Below, piece after piece: positions 1-6,580 of a stretch of 36,841 nt of DNA. Source of the DNA: Pedosphaera sp. (GTDB lineage: Bacteria; Verrucomicrobiota; Verrucomicrobiia; Limisphaerales; SIBH01); contig JANOQV010000266.1 of assembly GCA_031414955.1 (NCBI GenBank), positions 1 through 36,841 on the forward strand. The letters are read 5' to 3'. The stretch's first letter is position 1; each line of letters opens with the position of its first letter. Under the pieces are notes generated by a model. The model saw only the letters and a program-made list of their open reading frames with translations. It had not been told where the DNA came from and made no database searches. The translations under genes and the position numbers were made by a program.

Positions 1-139
1 GCCAAATCCACGAACTGGGCCACCACGCCACCGCCGCCCTGCGCCGGCTGCGCCGCCGTCCGAAAATCATCGCCGCCTGTTGGAAACAATCCCAACTCCC
101 TTTGTGACTCGGTGTCACTCTATTGTACAAGTCTCAATA
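1..139 (+). mobile_element. Right end of an IS630-family insertion sequence (transposase C-terminus, terminal repeat, TA target)
   Basis: The frame starting at 3 reads QIHELGHHATAALRRLRRRPKIIAACWKQSQLPL* (TGA 105-107), resembling IS630 transposase C-termini as I recall them. It is followed by tgtcactctattgtacaagtctcaaTA, ending in TA at 138-139 (IS630 elements target TA). Rhs-like sequence lies just beyond. The left end is outside the window. Confidence 0.7.
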
Positions 140-467
140 AGTGCGTCAGCGCCGGAGGCGCGGTAGAGAGTAGCCCACGGCGTGAGCCGCGCGTGTTCTC
201 CAGCGCGCGCCACGTCACCGTCGCCACCTGGATGGGCTGCACGATCTGGCACTCCGGCGAGGCGTGCGTCTCGAACTTCTGCGTCTTCCCGTCCGGGAAA
301 GTGATCGTCACCACGCGCGGACGCAGCGCGACGAGACCCGCGCTGTTCAGGAGCGCGAGGGCGAACCACAAAGCTGAGAGTGCCAGTGCCACGCGGAGCG
401 AAGTGTTCAAGTCAATGGACAGCCGGGCGAGCGGAATTTTTATGGTGCTATGGTTGACCGGGATCAA
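140..467 (-). pseudogene. Third, decayed Rhs module remnant (hydrophobic leader fused to a pre-YD segment), truncated by the IS
   Basis: RPRVVTITFPDGKTQKFETHASPECQIVQPIQVATVTWRALENTRG (186-323) aligns with RPRTVTITFPDGKTQKFRAQSSPESQIFQPITGPTVVYVPEANTRG in 1360..5655 and [46 protein letters not shown] in 6581..18142. The frame appears to shift after NTRG. Confidence 0.8.
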
Positions 468-742
468 CGGCGGCGATTGACTGGATGCGACATAGCTGGG
501 GCAGTCGCATCCATGACCGAGGGCGAACTGGAGAGGACAGAGTGAAAAAATCTCCCAAGCCTTTCCTTGGTTGACCGGGACAGCACTCCGAGGCGGGCAA
601 GGTGGCCTGCTCGCGAATGCTTTCGGAGTTGGATGTTTAGTCAGACGTAGGCGAGCTTTCCCTTGGTTCGTAGCCGAGAAGCTGCGCCAGCGCTTATTTT
701 CACGGCACCACGCGTGCTTTGGTTGGCGCGTACAAGTTCAAA
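402..742. repeat. Inter-module conserved non-coding element, copy 1
   Basis: Colinear with 5664-5994. Shared blocks: agtgttcaagtca (402-414 / 5664-5676), a 41-bp identical block (492-532 / 5756-5796), ggttgacc, aggcgggca, ggatgtt, gagctt, the ~60-bp core (667-727 / 5919-5979) and gtacaagttcaaa. Confidence 0.9.
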
Positions 743-989
743 TGCAGAAAGGAATGTCGAGAGGTTCTGCCGCAACAGCTAAGAAATCGACGCTTTGGCG
801 ATTGTGCATCGCTTTCACTACACACTGGGCTTGGTCTTCAGAAAAATGAAGGCCCGTCGGCATCAGTGCTGCAACCCATTGCCGTTCCGTCACGACGGTC
901 GGCCGAATGAGCCGCTTATCGACGAGTTCATGCAATTTGTTTTTTGCCCAAGCGGTCGTCGCCTCGTCCGTGATTTCTTCAAATTTCAT
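738..989 (-). CDS. Small hypothetical protein (83 aa, MKFEEITDE...), candidate second or orphan immunity protein
   Basis: The ATG at 989 overlaps the TGA of the upstream gene (ATGA), so I prefer it to the 1205 start in the ORF track. It lies in the AT-richer toxin/immunity segment. Confidence 0.65.
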   Translation of the reverse strand: MKFEEITDEATTAWAKNKLHELVDKRLIRPTVVTERQWVAALMPTGLHFSEDQAQCVVKAMHNRQSVDFLAVAAEPLDIPFCI

Positions 990-1363
990 TTGTTTGGCGG
1001 CTTTGTTTTGGAGGCTGCGAAGTGACAGCCAAAACCGAGGAGCACACAAACGCCGCCAATCACTCCGAGAGTGGCCGCAGGCCCGTATACCGCAATCGGA
1101 CCGTGAAGCTGTTGTGAACGTAAAAGAACAAACAATTCCCCTCCACAGATGAAGGTCGTCGCACCCGACGTCAGCAACACAGCCGACCATCCGCTGGTCG
1201 AACATTCAATGATCGTCAACACCAGCACTAGAGCGAGCGTTGCAATAAAGCCTGCCGATGAATCCCGGCCAACATCTGCTCCAAGAGCAACAATAAGCGG
1301 AATTGCGGCTTCAATCTTCAACAGCATTTTGAACGGGCTAAATTTAACATTCATAAGTGTCAT
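986..1363 (-). CDS. Multi-pass membrane protein, candidate immunity protein of the orphan Rhs toxin
   Basis: The ATG at 1363 overlaps the Rhs stop (ATGA, 1360-1363). It has about four hydrophobic stretches and sits directly downstream of the toxin tip. Confidence 0.7.
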   Translation of the reverse strand: MTLMNVKFSPFKMLLKIEAAIPLIVALGADVGRDSSAGFIATLALVLVLTIIECSTSGWSAVLLTSGATTFICGGELFVLLRSQQLHGPIAVYGPAATLGVIGGVCVLLGFGCHFAASKTKPPNK

Positions 1364-4300
1364 TTCGGAAATGTCTCCAACCATGCTTTGTAAGCTCTTT
1401 GTCGATCAATCAGCGCATCAATGACTGCCTGATATTGATCGCTAGTGGGAGCGTTTTCAGGCCGGGAAAATCCTGCAACAAAGGCATCCCACCCACCACC
1501 TTGCGCAGCAAGAATTCGCGCTGAAGCTTCTCCGCCTGCTGAAAGTATTCCGGCTCGCGTGGTCGGCATCTCCCAGATATTTCGCATGTCTTGTCCAAAT
1601 GGATCTGCGGCATTTTGTAAAGTCACAGACATACGACCACCAACACGCAAACCGTAGTTCGCCAACGGCTTTACTCGTCCCTCCGCAGCCTCTGAGCTTA
1701 CCTCCTCCAATGCGGCGATGATTTTGTCCTGCTTGCCGCGTTCAATCAGGATGGCACCTGCCGGAATCTTCTTCATCTGGCGATCCGATCCGTCATAGAT
1801 GAATTTGAAGTAGAGCGTGGTCAGGACTGCAACAACAGCAATGGTAACGGTCACCTGTGTGAGCGTGAATTGACCACTTGGATCAACACACGAGACAGGC
1901 TCGTTTGAACAATACAGGTACTTGTGCAGTGTCTCTGGATCACCCGGGAAACCCTCAAACCCATCCATCGTCCAAAACCGTCCGGTCTGCGTGTTCTGGT
2001 ATCTGGCGCGGAGCAAGTAAAGGCCGAGGTCGGGGTCGTATTGCTCGCCGGTGAAGAGGTAGAGGTTGGGCGTGCTGCCGGTGCGGGCAATCAGGTTGCC
2101 AAAGGCGTCGTAGTCGTAGGTGTCGGTCACGCTGGCGTTCGCATCGGTCAGGAAGCGGGTGTTGCCGTGGCCGTCGTAGCCGTAAAAGCTCACCGTCCAG
2201 CCGGGACCGTCCACGCGGTCTTGCGAGATCAGGTCGTGGCCGTAGCTGTAAACACGGTTGAGGGTTGAGGGTTGAGCGTTGAGGGAGACGTGTTCTTCGA
2301 GCACTTGGGCGTAGCCGGTCGGGTTCACCGTGTCCACGAGGAAGCGGGTTGTCACCGTGTTCGTGGCCGTCGTCACGGTTTTCTTCACGCGCTGGCCGTC
2401 GCCGTCGTACACGATAGTCACGGTCTTGCCGTTCTCGGTGCGGCGCACGAGGCGGTTCTCGTAGTCGTACTGGTCGGCTTGCGTCATGCCGAAGCCGGGG
2501 GCGGTGAGCGTGTTGCCGTTGTTGTGGGACTGCTCGGCCGCACTCGTGTTGAGCCGGTCGTTATCGTCGTACGTTGAAAGCGTCGAGACGATGCCTGGTT
2601 CCGTTGACACGAGTTGCCGGCGGTTGCCCACGCGGTCGTACGAGTAGTCGAGCGTTGATGGAGTCGCGTAGCTCGTGCCGCCAATCGTCTCGTTGGTCAG
2701 GCGGTAGGTGCGGTCGTACTGGTAAAGCCGCGTGAGCGTGGTGACTTGCGGATTGAGCGGGTTGCTGACGCGGGATTCCACGGCCCCGGTGCGATGGCCG
2801 GAGGGCGCGAGGGCGTAAGCGTAGTTCGCAATGGGCGTCAGGCCCGCGCTCACGTTCAGGTTGGTGAGGCGGTTGAGGGCGCTGTATTCGTAGAAGTGGT
2901 TCACGCCGTTCGGGTAGGTGAACCCGCGCAGATTCCCCACGTCGTCGTAGGTGTAGGTCGTGTGGCCCGCGTGCGGGTCGAGCACGTCGCCGAGGCGATT
3001 GAGCGCGTCGTAGGCGTAGTTCAACACCACGCCGTTGGCGTTGAGCGAGGTGATGTTCGTCACCTGGCCGTTGGCGTTGTAGCTGTAGGTCAGCGTGCCT
3101 TCGGGGGTGGCCTTGCGGACGAGGCGGTTGCGGTTGTCGTACTCGAAGGTCGTCACGCCGCTGGCGTCCACCATGTTCGTGCGCAGGCCGAGTTCGTTGT
3201 AGCCGAACTGCACCGGCGCGGCGGCGAACGCGGCGTCCGGCCGCTTCTCGACAAGCCGGTTCATCACGTCATGAATGAACGTGGTCGTTCGCCCGTTGAA
3301 GTCCGTTCGATGGGTCATGCGCCCCGCCACATCGTAGGCGTAGGTCTCGAACTGATTGAGCGGCAGCGCGCGCTTCACGCGGCGCCCGAGCGCATCGTAC
3401 TCGAAGCGCGTGGTGCGCGACTCGGCATCGATCTGCGCGACCTGCTGGCCCTGCTCGTTGTATTCGTAGCGCGTCACGTTCTGCAACGCGTTGGTGACGG
3501 CGATCAATCGGCCCAGCGCGTCGTAAGCGAACCGCGTCATGTTCCCGCTCTGATCCGTCTCGGCGATGCGCCGGCTGAGCGCGTCGTAGAACGTGGTTTG
3601 AAAGGTGAAGTCGGGAAACACGACCCCTTGCCGCCGGTTCAACTCGTCATAGCTGAACGTGCTGACCCGCCCGAGCGCATCAATGGTTTGAACCAGATTG
3701 CCCACCTCATCGAACCCGCTGCGGCTCACCTGCCCGAGCGCGTTCGTGACCGAGGTGCGGCGGCTCGCCGCGTCGTAGCCGTAGAACGTCGTGTTCCCGC
3801 GCGCGTCGCTCATGGCAAAGACCCGGCCAATCGCGTCGTAGTAGTTCGTCATGCCGGTGTTGTCGGGATAAACCGTCGTGACCATCCGCCCGAGCGCGTC
3901 GTTCACGTAGCTCGTCACCCGGCCCGCCTTGTCGTGCATGGCCACGCGGCGATTGTCGGCGTCGAAGAACGTCTCCTCGAACGTGCTGTCGGGATACGTC
4001 GTGCGGGTGAGGTTGCCACGGTCGTCGTAGCTCATCGATGTCTGCCGACCCAGCGCATCAATGCTCACGGCGGGTTTGCCGATAGCGTTGTAAATCGTGG
4101 CGTTGGTCGAGCCATCGGGCTGCACAGTGAGGACGAGACGATTGGCTGAGTCATACACGTAGCGCGTGACCAGCGTCTCCACTCCGTTCGGCGTGGTGCG
4201 CCACGTCATCTTGTTCGTCTGGTTGCCGTTGGCGTCGTAGCGGAAGGAGGTGGTGTTCAACACGCCCAGGTTCACGTCATGCACGACCGTGTTGGTCAGA

Positions 4301-5655
4301 TGGCCGAACGGGTCGTAGCCATTCTCCATGGTGTTCCCGAGCGCGTCGGTGCGGACCAGGATGTTGCCCCGTCCGTCGTAGCTGTAGAGCGTCCGCTGCC
4401 CCAGCGCGTCGCGTTCCTCGGTCAGGTTGCCGCTCGGGTCATAGACATTCGTGGTGGTGGAGTTGCGCGCGTTGCGAATGCTGGTGGGTTGCTTAAAGGC
4501 GTTGTAGGTGAACGTGGTGGTGTTCCCCAGCGGGTCGGTCTCGGTCAATTTGTTGTCGCGCGCGTCGTAGGTGAACCGGTTGGTGTTGCCCAGCGCATCG
4601 ACCTTCGTGAGCAGATTGTCGTTCGCGTCGTAAGTCATCACCGTCGGGTGGCCCAACGCGTCGATGCTGCGGGTGATGTTCCCGTTCCCGTCATATTCGT
4701 GAACCGTCACGAAGCCGAGCCGGTCGCGGATGATCTCGGCGCGGGCGTCCAGGTCGTGCGTGAAGACGTTGGTGTTTCCGGCGGCGTCCACCTGCCGGAC
4801 GAGGCGCCCCGCGTCGTCATACTCGTTGCGCGCCGCCGTGATCCCGCGCCCGTCCGTCAGCGTGAGCAGCTCGTGCTTGGGGTTGTAGCTGAAGGTGTTG
4901 GTCAGATTCACCCGGTCCACGAAGCTGACCAGGTTCCCGTTCGTGTCGTAGCGGTAGGTCAACACCGCGCCCGCCGCGTCGAGGATGTTCGTGATGCGTC
5001 CAGCCCCGTCGCGTTGGAAGGCGATGCTCTGGCCCGGCCCACCCGTCACCGCGTTCGTCCACACGATGCCGTTTGTGTTCACCGTCAGCCGGTTGCCGTT
5101 GCGATCCGTCATGGAGCGCAAGCCGTCGCGTTCGTCGATCACATACACATCCCCCTCGTCGCTGGTGTAGCGGAAGAGCGTGGGGTTGTACACCGCGCCG
5201 TTGTAGTCGAACAGGTTGGCCACACCGAGCGTGCCCTCGGTGAACACTTCGTCCCCACCCTCCTGCGCGGAGACGAGCGTCCCGCGGGTGTTCGCCTCCG
5301 GCACATACACCACGGTCGGCCCGGTGATGGGCTGGAAAATCTGCGACTCGGGCGAGCTTTGGGCGCGGAACTTCTGTGTCTTGCCGTCCGGGAAAGTAAT
5401 GGTGACGGTGCGCGGCCGGCGCGGCGTGAGGCTGTAACTGCCCAGCCCTGAACTCGTGCCGGACTGCTCCCAGTTCAGACCGAGGTTGCGGTTCTTTTGG
5501 AGCCGGATGTTCTTGAGGTCGAGCGTCCACCCCACGCCGAAATCCCCTTCGCGTTTGTCGCATGAGTCATAGGTGCGGATGACCTGGATCGGAATGCCGG
5601 CGACGGGGATGCCGTTGAGAACGGACAGCAAAAGGATCAATGGCGCGAACGGCAT
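1360..5655 (-). CDS. Orphan Rhs/YD-repeat protein: DUF6531-like start, full YD shell, PxxxxDPxG motif, ~170-aa unrecognised C-terminal toxin
   Basis: Many YD repeats and a Rhs core (YDYDAFG...FTGEQYDPDLGLYLLRARY...GRFWTMD...EPVSCVDPSG). It lacks the adhesin N-terminus of its paralogue. The start codon and expression are uncertain. Confidence 0.9.
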   Translation of the reverse strand: MPFAPLILLLSVLNGIPVAGIPIQVIRTYDSCDKREGDFGVGWTLDLKNIRLQKNRNLGLNWEQSGTSSGLGSYSLTPRRPRTVTITFPDGKTQKFRAQSSPESQIFQPITGPTVVYVPEANTRGTLVSAQEGGDEVFTEGTLGVANLFDYNGAVYNPTLFRYTSDEGDVYVIDERDGLRSMTDRNGNRLTVNTNGIVWTNAVTGGPGQSIAFQRDGAGRITNILDAAGAVLTYRYDTNGNLVSFVDRVNLTNTFSYNPKHELLTLTDGRGITAARNEYDDAGRLVRQVDAAGNTNVFTHDLDARAEIIRDRLGFVTVHEYDGNGNITRSIDALGHPTVMTYDANDNLLTKVDALGNTNRFTYDARDNKLTETDPLGNTTTFTYNAFKQPTSIRNARNSTTTNVYDPSGNLTEERDALGQRTLYSYDGRGNILVRTDALGNTMENGYDPFGHLTNTVVHDVNLGVLNTTSFRYDANGNQTNKMTWRTTPNGVETLVTRYVYDSANRLVLTVQPDGSTNATIYNAIGKPAVSIDALGRQTSMSYDDRGNLTRTTYPDSTFEETFFDADNRRVAMHDKAGRVTSYVNDALGRMVTTVYPDNTGMTNYYDAIGRVFAMSDARGNTTFYGYDAASRRTSVTNALGQVSRSGFDEVGNLVQTIDALGRVSTFSYDELNRRQGVVFPDFTFQTTFYDALSRRIAETDQSGNMTRFAYDALGRLIAVTNALQNVTRYEYNEQGQQVAQIDAESRTTRFEYDALGRRVKRALPLNQFETYAYDVAGRMTHRTDFNGRTTTFIHDVMNRLVEKRPDAAFAAAPVQFGYNELGLRTNMVDASGVTTFEYDNRNRLVRKATPEGTLTYSYNANGQVTNITSLNANGVVLNYAYDALNRLGDVLDPHAGHTTYTYDDVGNLRGFTYPNGVNHFYEYSALNRLTNLNVSAGLTPIANYAYALAPSGHRTGAVESRVSNPLNPQVTTLTRLYQYDRTYRLTNETIGGTSYATPSTLDYSYDRVGNRRQLVSTEPGIVSTLSTYDDNDRLNTSAAEQSHNNGNTLTAPGFGMTQADQYDYENRLVRRTENGKTVTIVYDGDGQRVKKTVTTATNTVTTRFLVDTVNPTGYAQVLEEHVSLNAQPSTLNRVYSYGHDLISQDRVDGPGWTVSFYGYDGHGNTRFLTDANASVTDTYDYDAFGNLIARTGSTPNLYLFTGEQYDPDLGLYLLRARYQNTQTGRFWTMDGFEGFPGDPETLHKYLYCSNEPVSCVDPSGQFTLTQVTVTIAVVAVLTTLYFKFIYDGSDRQMKKIPAGAILIERGKQDKIIAALEEVSSEAAEGRVKPLANYGLRVGGRMSVTLQNAADPFGQDMRNIWEMPTTRAGILSAGGEASARILAAQGGGWDAFVAGFSRPENAPTSDQYQAVIDALIDRQRAYKAWLETFPK
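2256..2283. repeat. Heptamer tandem repeat (ggttgag x3 + cgttgag) inside the Rhs CDS
   Basis: Read directly; it encodes LNAQPSTLN in frame. Confidence 0.85.
5480..5611. repeat. 132-bp near-identical direct repeat shared with 10857-10988
   Basis: Hand alignment gives 5 mismatches in 132 bp. It encodes [16 protein letters not shown](C/R)[27 protein letters not shown]. Confidence 0.95.
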
Positions 5656-5663
5656 TCACGCCG

Positions 5664-5994
5664 AGTGTTCAAGTCAGCGCGAAATTCTGCGAACAAAATT
5701 TCCACGCGTTCAACCGTTGACGGCGGAATGAGTGACCGGCTCAATGCGCGCCGATATAGCTGGGGCAGTCGCATCCATGACCGAGGGCGAACTGGACGTG
5801 CTGAGATGAAACACGCTCGCCAAACCACGGCCTCGGTTGACCAGGAAAACCCTCGGAGGCGGGCATGGGGCTGGGATGTTGAGTTTGAGTAAGTGAGCTT
5901 TCCTTCCTTCGCGAAGGATTCGTAACTGAGAAGCTGCGCCAGCGCTTATTTTCACGGCACCACGCGTGCTTTGGTTGGCTTGTACAAGTTCAAA
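5664..5994. repeat. Inter-module conserved non-coding element, copy 2
   Basis: Colinear homology with 402-742. Confidence 0.9.
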
Positions 5995-6118
5995 AGGCGG
6001 GCAAGGCGTTGGGATGTTCAGTTGATGTAGGCGAGCTTGGCTTCGTCTTGAGAAGCGTTCGTAGCCGAGAAGCTGCCCCAGCGTTTATTTTCAGGGCACC
6101 ACGCGTGCTTTGGTTGGC
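5995..6118. repeat. Partial third copy of the inter-module element, in tandem with copy 2
   Basis: Contains aggcgggcaagg..gggatgtt..gtaggcgagctt and the core ttcgtagccgagaagctgccccagcgtttattttcagggcaccacgcgtgctttggttggc (6058-6118). The offset to the copy 2 core is 139 bp. Confidence 0.9.
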
Positions 6119-6127
6119 GTGGATCGT

Positions 6128-6577
6128 TCAATCATTCTGCTGCCGTTTGGTTGGGCGACATTCGCAAATCCTCCATAAAACCAAAGGCAATGCCCGCGCA
6201 GGAACCACAAAGACTGAATATACCAGTATCACCCCGGCAATGATCTGTAGACTTCGATGAGTTTCGCCCAAGCGGAGGATGAAACCAGTCAGGAATAATC
6301 CAAACACAGCGATTCCTCCGTGCAATATCCCTCCGAGCGTTGCAAGTTTTAAGGCGTGCGTTCGCAGAGGAACGGGCCGTCTTTCACTGAGTTCCTTCTC
6401 TTTCTGCGCGTACAACAAGGCTTGAGCAACTGCAAAGACGCCTACCAAGCCGATAAATGTAAATCGACTGCGCATTTCAGTAAGCACCCCAGGAGATTTT
6501 GACGCACAGCCAATCAAAACGACGGCTGTCACTCCGACGAAATATCCAAGGAAACGTTTACTCGGATTTAAGTTCAT
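6128..6577 (-). CDS. Membrane protein (about 4 TM), candidate immunity protein of the giant Rhs toxin
   Basis: Separated by 3 nt from the Rhs stop, has four hydrophobic segments, and is AT-richer than the Rhs core. Confidence 0.75.
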   Translation of the reverse strand: MNLNPSKRFLGYFVGVTAVVLIGCASKSPGVLTEMRSRFTFIGLVGVFAVAQALLYAQKEKELSERRPVPLRTHALKLATLGGILHGGIAVFGLFLTGFILRLGETHRSLQIIAGVILVYSVFVVPARALPLVLWRICECRPTKRQQND

Positions 6578-6580
6578 TTG

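Noticed and set aside
520..730. The inter-module element as an integron attC site
   Set aside because: Its position after the stop codon and the gccaac start are suggestive. However, I find no matching GTTRRRY box at a suitable distance, no long imperfect stem with L boxes, and no integrase in the window. An IntegronFinder run would settle it.
667..6118. The ~60-bp triplicated core as a CRISPR repeat
   Set aside because: It is too long, the copies are imperfect and irregularly spaced (139 bp and about 5.2 kb), the intervening DNA is itself homologous, and there are no cas genes.
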